From Asterias rubens (lineage: Eukaryota), in NCBI RefSeq assembly GCF_902459465.1, contig NC_047069.1, forward strand, positions 19,468,001 through 19,532,000: a DNA stretch of 64,000 nt, written 5' to 3'. Positions within the stretch are counted from its first letter, which is position 1. Each line of letters begins with the position of its first letter. Positions 12,647-23,900 of the stretch are shown here, piece after piece. The notes beneath the pieces are model-generated. The model ran no database searches. It saw nothing but the letters and a program-made list of their open reading frames with translations, and was not told where the DNA came from. A program made the position numbers and the translations under genes.

Positions 12647-13114
12647 GAATGCTTTGTTTGATTTGGTATCGTCTTTCTGGGTGTATCGTGCAACTCGCAT
12701 AATTTATCGGGGAAGTCGCAGATTTGAACTGTTTCGGATATAAGTTAGGGTCTATGCTTACTTTAAAGCAAGGTTTCTGTGATAATCAAGCTATAGAGTG
12801 GTATTAACCCCGTTTGGGAATTATTGATAACTTGTGACCGGAAACGATGGTCAAATTATATTGTCGGGTTTTCTTAGTTAATGATGTTTTTAATTAATTT
12901 TACTTTCATTTATATCTTATGGATACATTAAACTTTCTCAGCAATGATATAATTGTTAGAGCCATAAACTACATTCATGAATACCTCAGACAGTTTCGCT
13001 GTTCCTGTTGGTTGAGAGCTTTAAAATGATTGATTTTGTCTCAAATTCTATGTAAGTTTGAACCATTTCTTGGTCATTCTGAAACAGAAATGGGACATCC
13101 TGTATGCTACGTCT

Positions 13115-13448
13115 TAGCCTTGCTCAAGGCAGTCGCATTATTCGCTCCGAAAAGACGCCGCTGTAAACCCACCCGTATACACTGTGCGTGGTGTGTGTAA
13201 TCACACCGCACGACCCACGCATATAATATTATACACACTGTCACATCGTACGACTACTGTGCACACATGTCATCCGCACTCGTACCACTAACCGCATGCG
13301 GCTGACGGCCGACGCATGCGGATAGTGTACGGGGGCATCGTGTCGTGCGATGTGGTTACACACATTACACATTTTACGCAAAGTGAATACGGTTGGGTTT
13401 TCATACATTTTTTCGGAGTGAATAATTCGACTGCCTTGAGCAAGGCTA
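13115..13448. mobile_element. Mutator-like MITE (short, internally deleted form)
   Basis: TIRs TAGCCTTGCTCAAGGCAGTCG / CGACTGCCTTGAGCAAGGCTA; 9-bp flanks GCTACGTCT / GCTACGTCC (TSD with one mismatch). Confidence 0.85.
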
Positions 13449-13625
13449 GCTACGTCCCGAAAACCGATGGATAAATTCCAACAACAGAGGGCGGCACTAT
13501 ACAATTGGGTTGATTTGTAGCTTGAGAGAATGCATGCACCTGGGCCCAATTAATTCATAGCGCTGCTTAGCGCTGCTTTTTATAGCAACAACAAAAAGAT
13601 AGAACAGAAAAGTTGGTCGTCAAAT

Positions 13626-13717
13626 GGTCTCCCATCCAAGTACTGACCGGGCCCGATGATGCTTAACTTTTGTGGTTGGACGACAACCGTAGTAATCAAC
13701 GTAGTGTGGTCGTAGTC
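13626..13717 (-). pseudogene. 5S rRNA-derived sequence (first ~92 nt of 5S), 3'-truncated
   Basis: Minus strand reads GACTACGACCACACTACG..GTTAAGCATCATCGGGCCCGGTCAGTACTTGGATGGGAGACC, colinear with metazoan 5S including box A, IE and box C. It then departs from 5S, so helix I cannot form. Confidence 0.85.
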
Positions 13718-14447
13718 AAACAAATAATGGTATTTTAGACGGTAATATACAAAAAAGGTTTCTTCTCCTAATGAATACCTAACTATGTGTGAAGTTTCAA
13801 GTTCTTACGATGTTTGAAAAGATGTTTTTGTTGGCGGACAAGCGACGTAAAGAAGAAGAAGGAGAAGTATCAAAAAATAAATAAAAATGAACGAACACCT
13901 ACAAAAAATACGGACGAAGCATAATAACGACGTTTAGTCAATTATTTATTGGTCAATGGTATTGACTGAAGAATAATTGGCAATGGTTTATGGGGCTGAT
14001 GTCATGACTATTTTATGTTCTTACTTATTATGATGACTTTCAAGTTTATATTTCTGGTCCAAAAAATATTTTAAAAATTCTTTGAAGTGTAATTTTGCCC
14101 AATATTTATATACAAGACCCCCCTTTTATGCAAATGAGGCTCTGCCCCAAATAGGAGAGACCCAAGATGGCTCCAAGTCTAAAATTGATTATTAGCCCAA
14201 TACCAACCATCATAGCAAATTTCATGCTTTTACCACAAAGTGCACAATTTGTTACCTTAGCAGCTGCACTACATGTAACAAAGCTCAATAATTGTGTTGG
14301 CTCTGAAAACTGTTCCAGGTCCAACCCTCCCTTTAAAAGAGATTTACTATAATACATGGTTGTGCCCACAAAAGGGTTACCATATATTTTGCAAAAGGTA
14401 TTACTATATTTTATAGTTTTTTTTCTTTACAAAGAGTGACTGCGAAC

Positions 14448-14725
14448 CAGGATTTATTTCATGCTCACAAAGTGTGAAGGGTAAACCACGATCCACTTCA
14501 CACTAACTGACCCCAAAATGAAAGCCCATCACTAGCCTTTGTGTGACTACAACATGGTGTTTATAAATTCCGCAGATTTTTTTTTAAAATCATGGGGTTT
14601 AGTCTAACAAAGAGAGTGATTGTCGGTGCAAAGATCTTCGAATCAGGATTGATTTCATGATCACAAAGTGTGACTGTAAACCGACCCACTTCACACTAAC
14701 TGAATCCAATGAAAGCCCATCACCA
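14448..14725. repeat. Imperfect direct duplication of ~80 bp, copies ~196 bp apart
   Basis: CAGGATT.ATTTCATG.TCACAAAGTGTGA..CACTTCACACTAACTGA..TGAAAGCCCATCAC at 14448 and 14644. Confidence 0.75.
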
Positions 14726-15294
14726 AGTCTTTTTGAGAATACAAACTGTGTTGATAAAGGCACTGCAGCCGATTTACAAAACTCGAGTTAGGACGAGTAA
14801 CTCATTCTAAGGGTGGGTTCAATCATAGAGCAAGTGCTCTATGGTTCAATGCATCATAACGTACGGTACTCTGATACGGAATTGATCTGGTGAAAATCAC
14901 AAGTTAGGAAGAGTTTGGTGAAATCCAGCCTTTGGTAATTGTAAAAGACCAGTATTCTCACTTGGTGTTTCTCAACATATTTATGCATAAAATAACAAAC
15001 CGTACAAATTTGGACTCAATTGGTCGTCGAAGTTGCGAGATAATAATGGAAACAACACCTAGTCGCACAAGTTGTGTGCTTTAATTCGAAACCTCGGCTG
15101 AGGTCTCTTAATTCAAATATTTTGGTAGGAAATTACTTCAGGGGACCGTTTCTCACAATATTTCACACTACCAATAGATCTCCATAGCTCTTTACAACAT
15201 AAGTTTAGGCTACAAATATTTTGAGTTATCAATCTAGTGTCAATACCTTTTGGGCCAAAAATCTCCAAACTATCACCAAATCACTCAAAAAGCC

Positions 15295-15663
15295 TTAAAG
15301 CCATTGGACCCTTTCGGTACAGAAAAAAAAAGTTCACAGATTTACAAATAGTTTACATGGTTTACAGAAGGTAATGGTGAAAGACTTCTCTTGAAATATT
15401 AGTCCATGAAATGCTTTACTTTTTGAGAAAACGGTAAAACAATATAAATTCTCGTTAGCGAGAATTACGGATTTTTTATAAACACATGTCATGACACGGC
15501 GAAACGCGCGAAAATAGGAGTGGGTTTTCCCGTTATTTTCTCCCGACTCCGATGTCCGATTGAGCCTAAATTTCCACAGGATTGTTATTTTATATATAAG
15601 TTGTGATACACGAAGTGTGGGACTTGGACAATACTGTTTACCGAAAGTGTATAATGGCTTTAA
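15295..15663. mobile_element. TTAA-flanked non-autonomous DNA transposon (Kolobok-like)
   Basis: TTAA-AGCCATTGGACCCTTTCGG..CCGAAAGTGTATAATGGCT-TTAA. Confidence 0.8.
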
Positions 15664-15810
15664 AGTCACCTGAAAATAGAATTTTTATTGTTTCAAACAT
15701 AAGAGTAAATGTTTAGTAACAATAAATCAATTTGTTTAGTAATTGTTTGTCACGATTTATATGGTTAAAAAATAGTTAAAATTGTTGGGGGATTGACTCC
15801 ACCCACCCCT

Positions 15811-16079
15811 TTTGTGACGTCAATCGAGGCAGACTTTGCCTTGGTGCGTAGAGTAAACACACGTGCAAGGTACATGCAAGTCCAAGTCGTGAGTTTGTGC
15901 GTTTCGAAAATGTTGTTTTCTTGCATTTCTGGATGCAGCAAAACAACTAAAGATGGGGTCAGTCTGCATAGCTGGTCAGACTCACAAGAGTAATAGTGCC
16001 TAGTGGTCAGGTCCGACGTCTTTTCCAGCACCGTGCAGCATTTTCTCTTCAAATATCGCGCCTCGATTGACGTCACGAA
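15811..16079. mobile_element. Inverted-repeat element (MITE-like)
   Basis: TTTGTGACGTCAATCGAGGC / GCCTCGATTGACGTCACGAA inverted pair. Confidence 0.6.
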
Positions 16080-16507
16080 CAGCGCCCTTTCGGATCGGGG
16101 CCTATTCTCATAGCCACCGCCACTTATAAACGAGGATGTTGGGCAAAAGCGCATCGTATGTTAACTGATCATGATGCTATCATGGCAGCACATGATGGAT
16201 CACCATCACTTAGAAGCGATGGGGATTTGGGTTGCACGGAATACGTAGCAGCAGCTGCTCCGTTACTTTGAACCTTTTCCAGCCGGCTGGTGGCGCATTA
16301 ATACCCCATCCCTGTCTCATCCCTGTCTCATGGATGCATGCAACATCGATGTCCCGATCCAATTGATGATAAGCGAAGGTTTGTCTGGAAACTTGGCTTT
16401 ATTTCGTATCTATTTATAAAGCTATATTTATTTATTTATCAATACTAGATAGGCCTATATAAAGTAGTAGGTGGTTCTCCAATGGGAGACTTTCTGGGAT
16501 GATAAAG

Positions 16508-16603
16508 GGCAGCAGACTTACCGGGTAAATCCATTGTTCTCAGAATTACGCGCATGTTCAGAACTACGTAAACAATGGAAATTTACCCGGTATGTCTGCT
16601 GCC
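16508..16603. mobile_element. Short palindromic MITE core; second copy at 28966-29060
   Basis: GGCAGCAGACTTACCGGGTAAAT..ATTTACCCGGTATGTCTGCTGCC; similar sequence in BBS7 intron 9. Confidence 0.75.
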
Positions 16604-17527
16604 GCCTAGCGTTGGAAAGTCTCCTATTGAGGTTGAATTTAAATTTTCCTCCGAACCGAGCTAGTCCTATGGATTATGGTTCCCTCCCTCCATTATTTTC
16701 TCGTGTTTCTCCTTGTCTCAGGTATACCACACGAATCTAATAAACGTTACAGTAAACAAAATTCCCCTTTTGTGGGTGGAGTTTCAATATTTCTAAAAGT
16801 GGGCGTTTTTAACACATAGTTTTAACTAAGTGAAGTAGAACTTTTTTTAAATTGTTTTTTAATCTGATTTGTGTTGTTTAAATATAAATACTATAAAAGA
16901 AAAACAAAATTCCCATAATTTAAATAGTTTCTTTATTTATCCCCTCTTTTGTGGGCGGGGCCAGAGTAGTAAATGATGGTGTGTCTGAACAACGCATACA
17001 CACAAGCACACACATTACAAGCAGAAAAAATCTGATAATCGTGTCATAGTCGTGACATCAGACATACATCATCGGCTATGTCATCGCTATGGCAAACTCA
17101 AGCTCTCAAATCACGCCATATAGCCTAGTACTCACACAGTGTAGTCTGATAGCACATGCCATGCAGGCCAGAACAACTAATAAGTTAGAACTAAGTTATC
17201 AGTTTTTCAGCAGTTTGAGAAAGGTTTGCAGTTAAACACATGGCAATGAACATACTCATTTGGTTGGGATGTGGTGAATGCTCACCGAGCTGAAGCCTAC
17301 ATGTCGGAATAGGTCGCAAGCACAGGGAAAAGGACGAGTGATGAGGGTATAGATGAGAAGCCATTGAAATCTACCAGTACGACCCAAGTTTATGGGGTAG
17401 GAAATGTGTCGTAGATAGAGGGTCGAGATCCATTGGTCAGGAAGAGTATAGGAACCAAATGTCAATGTTTTGAAGAAGAGTGTCGTGAAATCTCAATGAC
17501 CTCTCAAGGCATTCGTGGTGCCAAGGC

Positions 17528-18090
17528 TTCTTCTTCTTATCACACAAACTAACAATGTGCATCAGACGAAACTGGACACAGTTCTTAGCAATATCATTGT
17601 AATCTGCAAGGTCCTAAGTTCTGCATTCGTGCTCCAGTAGGGGGCATCTCAGGAGGAGCTCCTTAGTTTGTGGCTCTGTCCCACATATGCAGGTCACGTC
17701 TTCAGAGTCCATATATCCCTACTTCTTGAGAGACACTTTGCACCGGCCAGTTGATGTTTTAAGTCTGTTGAGGCATCCAATACATGGCAGTTCGGAGAGC
17801 CCCTGGACTTGAGTAGATTTTTATCAGGTTTGTGGCTGGATAGTAGAGGGTTTCGCTCATCCGTGGCCTACTGACAGCGTTCTCTGCTGCTTGCCGCACT
17901 GCGTCGAACATCAGGTGGCGCTATACCAGAAAGTGCAGGCTGTCAGTTGGTGTTGGTCTGAGCATAGCTCTATGGTCTGCTGAGGCATCCAGTGATAAGT
18001 CGGCATGTAGCATTGATGGCTGGATCCATCTTTTAGCGTGGGTAGAACTTTCCCAGACTGGCCACGCATACTCTGCAGGTGGTATCCGCA
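17528..18090 (-). mobile_element. 5'-truncated I-group (Ingi/Vingi-like) LINE 3' end with (AAG)n tail
   Basis: Minus-strand translation with frameshifts reads AEYAWPVWESSTHAK..INATCRLITGCL..GIAPPDVRR..LNRLKTSTGRCK..CICG..LLRCPLL, followed by AAGAAGAAGAAG. Confidence 0.75.
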
Positions 18091-18155
18091 ATTTTAGTTA
18101 GTTTATTCTTATTCTTACACACACAAAGCTTCAAACATCACTAAAGTCACACTTT

Positions 18156-18278
18156 GGCCGTGTCCGAATTGGCGACTTCGGCTACAGCTACGGCTAGATC
18201 AGCGCGTCTGTCAGTGTTGAAGGATAGGCAGACGCCCTAGCCGTAGCTGTAGCCGAAGTCGCCAATTCGGACACGGCC
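18156..18278. mobile_element. Palindromic MITE (PIF/Harbinger-like); second copy at 34990-35118
   Basis: GGCCGTGTCCGAATTGGCGACTTCGGCTACAGCTACGGCTAG and its reverse complement. The second copy is flanked by a 3-bp TAT duplication. Confidence 0.85.
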
Positions 18279-18776
18279 TTACCTTCGTCCTATATTATTC
18301 GTCGCATCGAAATGGATGAGTTCCAACAGTAGAGGGCGCCACTATACAATTGGTTTGACTTCTAGCTTGAGAAGCAATACACTGACCCTGTTTTTATCTA
18401 CTGCAAGGAATTTATCCGCAAGGATAAAGACAGGACTTGCTTTTCAGAACCAGCGATTTCATTTGATACAACAACATTGGATAACAAATTTTGTATCTTT
18501 TTCTGATTGGACAGAGGTAGACGTTTGCCTTGCGGTGTATGCATGTGAATCTAGGTGCAAGGTGAAGATGGAAGGGGAGTGACTTACGCTAGAGGCCACA
18601 GTCTGGAGTTATTCACGCAGCCTCAAAGTGTAACATAATTTAAATAATTTGGGGGCTAATCATCCTTACTCGCAGCTAAGAGCTGAATTGCGAAGGACGC
18701 GTCTACACGTGTTCGAGAAGCAGGCATGCAAGGGCGCCTTTGGCTGCCAGCCACATCAACTCACTAGCGACCTTCT

Positions 18777-19085
18777 TTGCAAATCTGTGCGATGTCGCAA
18801 ATATCTTTGCAAATATTTGTGATGTAGCAAATATCTTTGCAAATATTTATGCAGATGTTTGCGATGTCGCAAATATCTTTGCAAATATTTGCGATGTAGC
18901 AAATATCTTTGTACATATCTTTGCAAATATTTGCGATGTCGCAAATATCTTTGCAAATATCTGGCGATGTCGCAAATATTTGCAAAGATATTTGCGACAT
19001 CGCAAATATTTGCAAAGATATTTGCAAAGATATTTGCAAAGATATTTGCAACATCGGAAATATTTGCAAAGATATTTGCGATGTC
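18777..19085. repeat. Array of 10-30-bp GCAAATATCTTT / GCGATGTC units that switches orientation near 18980
   Basis: Left half GCAAATATCTTT units, right half GCAAAGATATTT units (reverse complement). It generates several spurious overlapping ORFs. Confidence 0.9.
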
Positions 19086-19887
19086 CCTTCAGGGCCACCA
19101 TATGAAAGTGTCCAATCCACACAAACATGCCTCGAAATTGCACGGTTTTTCTTTTACCTTGCGAACTAACACGGTCGGCCATTTTGTGAGGTCAAAAACT
19201 TGACCTCACAAAATGAAGTAATTTTGAGCCATTTTTGTAAGGATCACTATATTCTTCTTTTACAAGATATTTCCTACCATTATGTATTTTTTAGACCATC
19301 TCGCCAGATATCCAAGGCCGGTGGTGTCGCATGCAATTTAGTCCTCTATGAAATACTATCCGGAGGACATTATCTTCTTTGCCCCCCCCCCCCACCCCCC
19401 ATCCCCCACCCTCCCCCCTCCCCCTTAATTTAATCTTTGCCCCCACTTGCCCCACCAAATGAAAATGTCTAGTTACGCCGCTGCATCTGACACCGGCAAC
19501 GTGTCCCTATAAGCATAGTGGTGCACGCTGATTATCACTTGGACACATAAACTTCACAACAAAATGAAACTTTCAAAAACTAAATAATGTTAAGTTTGCC
19601 ACTCTAACGGAAACAAAATAAATGCGAGTTCGGGTTATCAAAAGGGGAATAACTTTTTTTTCAGCTTGTTACTTTCAACCGCACGAGGGCGCTGTTGTTG
19701 CACATATTTTTTGCTTCCACAAAATGGAAGTTTCCGTCGAGACTTCGTAGCGTTCTTAACAACCATCAAAACGGGTAATCAAAGTTTTGTTTTCCCTTTA
19801 CAGCACACTTTTAAGGATATTAACATTTTTAGAGAAATATTAATAATTGGTTTTACTTGATTGAAAAGCGGAACTCTTTTTACTTAC

Positions 19888-20330
19888 CGTTGTAATGCCA
19901 GACTTGCTGTTTTCGTGGTTTGCACTGCATTGCACCAATTTCGTGAAAAAATAGAAGTGCAATTGTTTATCACAGGAGAATACGGAGAAAGGGAAACATT
20001 TCCGAATCCGGTCGCCACTTTTTCACTTATAATGAAAATAAAATAGACAGTCCAATTTTACTCAAAATCATTACACAAATTCTAAGGGTACGAGCTTGAT
20101 CCTATGTCTAAGTTCTAACTCTAGTCTAATGAATCTTTTCATAACACTCAACAAAGTCAAAACATCATCATCATCAGCTGATCATTAATTGAAGAAAAAG
20201 GACAAAAACTTACCAGAAATGGTCACAAATTTCCAAAGTTGAGTTTTGAACTTGTGCGGGCGACGGATCTGAGTGATGTGTGCCTGATGGCCGGCTGATG
20301 ACTTGCTTGAAAAAATGTCAAATCGTTTTT
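19888..20330 (-). other. Putative non-coding 5' exon(s) of a minus-strand transcript divergent from BBS7
   Basis: Two consensus donors on the minus strand, CTG|GTAAGT (exon end 20214) and ACG|GTAAGT (exon end 19888), in a CpG-containing region 0.6-1 kb upstream of BBS7. No downstream exon was identified. Confidence 0.35.
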
Positions 20331-20832
20331 TTTTTCCCAACATTATTGAATTTGAAGTCGGTAAGCATGCAAAGACAAAGTAACATTAATAAAGATTGAA
20401 AAAGAGGCGGCCGGGTACAGATGTTTTTTATGAATATTCCATTTTTTTAAGTTTCTAATATTTCTTATGTTGTTTCATAGAATAGCCTTTTTTATATAAG
20501 TTTTAAAGGGGTTAGGCCTATAATAAAATTTGTAATTATAATGTATAAATGGCCCAACGCTAAAATCACTGCCTTGCCCTACTCACTGAAGTCCAGTGTA
20601 CATTTTGAGCTATTGATTGAGAACAGAGTTCATAAGTTAGGAAATAATTCAAAATAGAATGCTCATGGACCAGCGACTAGGATTTGACTTTACCCAACTT
20701 CACAATGACCTACTCCTAGGACTGTGAGGTTCATTCCACTATCGTTGAGACGACGATAGCAGAACGAACCTCATGAAATCCCTCCCAGCTTCATGTTCAG
20801 AGTCCTATCCCATATTTTTTTTTAAAGAGCAA

Positions 20833-20848
20833 GTTGCTGTTAGGAAAC
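20833..20848 (+). promoter_or_regulatory. RFX X-box-like motif upstream of BBS7
   Basis: GTTGCTGTTAGGAAAC about 85 bp before the ATG. The half-sites match GTTGCY..GGAAAC but the spacer is longer than usual. BBS genes are established RFX targets. Confidence 0.45.
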
Positions 20849-20934
20849 AAATCCTTAGTTGCTGCGTCTGTGTGAGCTGAAGGCGGAAGCTGCATTTCCA
20901 GTAAGTTGTCTTTTCATCTCTGGCTGCAAAGATG

Positions 20935-23900
20935 ATGGAGTTAAATCTGCATAGGGCTGACTACCTCCAGGTAATGTAGTCCCTATTATTATTCTCACTT
21001 CATTTTAATTTGTTTGTATCACAATTTTTGATTCTTTATTGCTTTGCTAGATGTTAAACTTGAATAAGTCTACCTGAATCACAACTATGATTTTTGTACA
21101 ATTTATAACTATAGACATTAAACCAAAGTATGTATGAGAGAGAATGACTGTTGCCTTTTTGGTGTTTATATCCCCATGTGCGAGTTTGCCAAGTTCCCTT
21201 GACGGGAAGTTCATAATAAAAAATAAAATAAAAAAACAAACAAATAAATCAAAGGAATTACTGCCAGGTTTTAAAATGGACATGGGTCTGGAATCAGCAG
21301 ATTTTGGGGGACAGAAAGGTGTGGAGAATCATCCTGATTCGAGGGCATCACTTGACTAAAGTGTAATTTTGTTTGTTTACAATGAAAATGCACTAATTGG
21401 AGGGGAGTGACATCACCTAGTAGAATGAGGTTTTTAACAAGAAGTGAATTTGTCTTCTCACTAGGTTGGAGTGACGTCGCCTCGAAGCATGAGGTTACTA
21501 CCGGAGAAGAAACCCAAAGCAGTTCAGAAAGTGGCTGTCGCAGATCAAACTGGCGTATTACAGTGCTTCAATATGAAGAAAGGAGAGCCAGTAGTAAGTA
21601 TTACTTGTTTTTTTATCCTTGTACTCAGTACTTTCTTGAGTTCTGTGCAACAAAATCTAAAGGCAAATCACTCATGTGGGATTCAAAGTAACATCCTGTG
21701 CATTGCTTGAGCAGATGTCATACCACTTGACCACCCAGCTAGCCGGTGGCTAGAGGCAGTTTAAATCCTCTGTTTTAGCAGTGGGTATGGCAATGATTTA
21801 ATAGATGTAAAAAAATATTAAGAATATTACTAAGCATAAAGTATTGTACATTTGCTCAAGCAATGTAAAGTTCAAGGGTTCGAATCCCACCAAAGTGATT
21901 TGCCTGTGGATTTTGTTCACAGCACTTGGAGAAAGTACTAAGTATACACTGTTTAAAACACATCAGTTTAAGGGTAAATAACCAAGTTACATTATTTACC
22001 ATAGATACAAAATTAATATCTAACAGTAGTAAGTAATTAGGTTCCGTTTGCTTACTACCACTACAAGGGGAGACCCCGGCCTGTGTGCCAGGAGTTACAG
22101 TAAAATGTTTAAAGCAATCGCACATCGGTAAACAGTATTGTCCAAAGGCCCACACTTCAGGTATCACAACGTATATTATATAAAATAACAAACCTGTGAA
22201 AATTTAGGCACAATCGGTCATCGGAGTGGGGAGAAAATAACGGGACAACCCACCCTTGTTTCCGCACGTTTCGCCGTGTCATGACATGTGTTTAAAATAA
22301 ATCTGTTATTCTCGATATCGAGAATTGATAATTGTTTTAATGTTTTCTCTAAAAGTAAAGCGTTCCATGGAATAATAAGTCGAGGGAAGTCTTTCACTGT
22401 TACCTTCTGTAAACCCTGTAAGTTATTTGTAAATCGGTGAACTTTTAATTTTTTTCTGTTCAAAATTCTCCAAATGATAAACGATTCAATTTCTTTTTGT
22501 TTTTATAGAGTGCCTTTAAGACTCTCCCTGGACCTAAGATTGCTCGTCTGGAGCTCGGAGGGGCCTTGGGAACGCCTCCGGACAAAGTGTTCATCACATC
22601 CGGGTCAGAGGTCAAAGGTTTCACCAAGAAGGGCAAGCAGTTCTTGGGGTTTGACACCAATCTGACAGAGAGCATCAAAACAATGTAAGAAATAGGTGCT
22701 AACCAAATGTGTGCTTACCAAATAGGTCATAGCCAAATTGGTGCTAAACAAAAAGGTGCTAAGTATTTTTTTTTAAAGCTTTGCATGGTGCGGATAAATA
22801 GGAAGAAACTATAAATAAATAGTAAACTTACGGGTACAACCATGTGTAATCTCTTTTGTGGGAGTGTTGGCTCTAAAAAAAGAACCAGTGTGTTTTCTTT
22901 TCCGAGCCAACACTCCCACAAAAGATTTTTACACATGGTTGTACCATAGAGTAACAGTTGTACCTGCTAGTTTACGATTTAGTTATAGTTTCTTCCTAAA
23001 AAGGTGCTTAACCAAATAGGTCCCAACCAAACAGGTGCTAACCAAAAAGGTGCCAACTAAAAAGGTGCCAACTAAAAAGGTGCCAACCAACTGGTTGCTA
23101 AACTAATAATAGTTGTTCATCAATCAATCAATCAATCAGAGGGAATTTATATAGCGACAAAATCAACCAAAGATGTTCAAAGGCGCTCAAAACAGTTGGA
23201 TGAAGTTAATGTTGATACACTTGTTGGAATAGAAAACATTTGAGGAGTTTCTTGAAAATGTGAATAGTGTTTTAGCAACGTTGATGGGGTTAGGGAGAGT
23301 GTTCCATTCTTTTGGTCCAAAAAAGGAGAGTGAGCTATCAAACAGGTGCCCAACTTCGAAGAGCTGCTTAAGTACAACAGGTAGCTAAGCACTTCATCAG
23401 TTATGCTCACCAGAATAAGGTCACCATTCCTGTTCACATATATCATCCGTAACTGGTATCCGCCTCATATTTTCTTTGCAAACAATTGCGCTATGAAATG
23501 GAAATTCTACAGTAAGCACAAAATCGGCTGCTAAGCATCTCTATGAAATTGGGCCCTGAAGTTTGTTTTATCTTCCAGGTGGGTATGTGGCAGCCATCTT
23601 TTCCTAGGCGGTAATTACATCTTTAATCACTACATCGATTGCAAAGATGAGAATTACTATCTCTGTAGCGACCGCATCAACGATATCATCTGCTTGCCGC
23701 TGAACCGTGTCAAGGAGGTGACTCCCGTCCTAGCGTGCCAGGATCGCGTCTTGAGGGTTCTAGATGGATCCAACCTATTGTATGAAGTGGAAGTGGCCGG
23801 GCCCCCACAGTCACTGTGTTTGTTTGCTGATGAGGGAGGTACGTTCTATTACAGTATCGGGGTGATATGTTTTTGTATTTTGAAAGGAATTGAGTGTCGT

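Noticed and set aside
13626-13717. Functional 5S rRNA gene
   Set aside because: It lacks the last ~28 nt, helix I cannot form, and helix II has uncompensated mismatches.
14106-14369. Cys-containing ORF as a zinc-ribbon protein
   Set aside because: No convincing motif spacing or splice context; the sequence looks like a repeat interior.
17240-17520. Exon downstream of the GC box at ~16965
   Set aside because: All frames hit stops quickly and I recognise no protein family.
18740-19203. Six overlapping ORFs with FANI/CKDI/KYLQR repeats
   Set aside because: They arise from a stop-poor short-period DNA repeat that is open in most frames on both strands.
20295-20320. Hammerhead core CTGATGA..GAAA
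   Set aside because: The 7 nt between the motifs (CTTGCTT) cannot form stem II.
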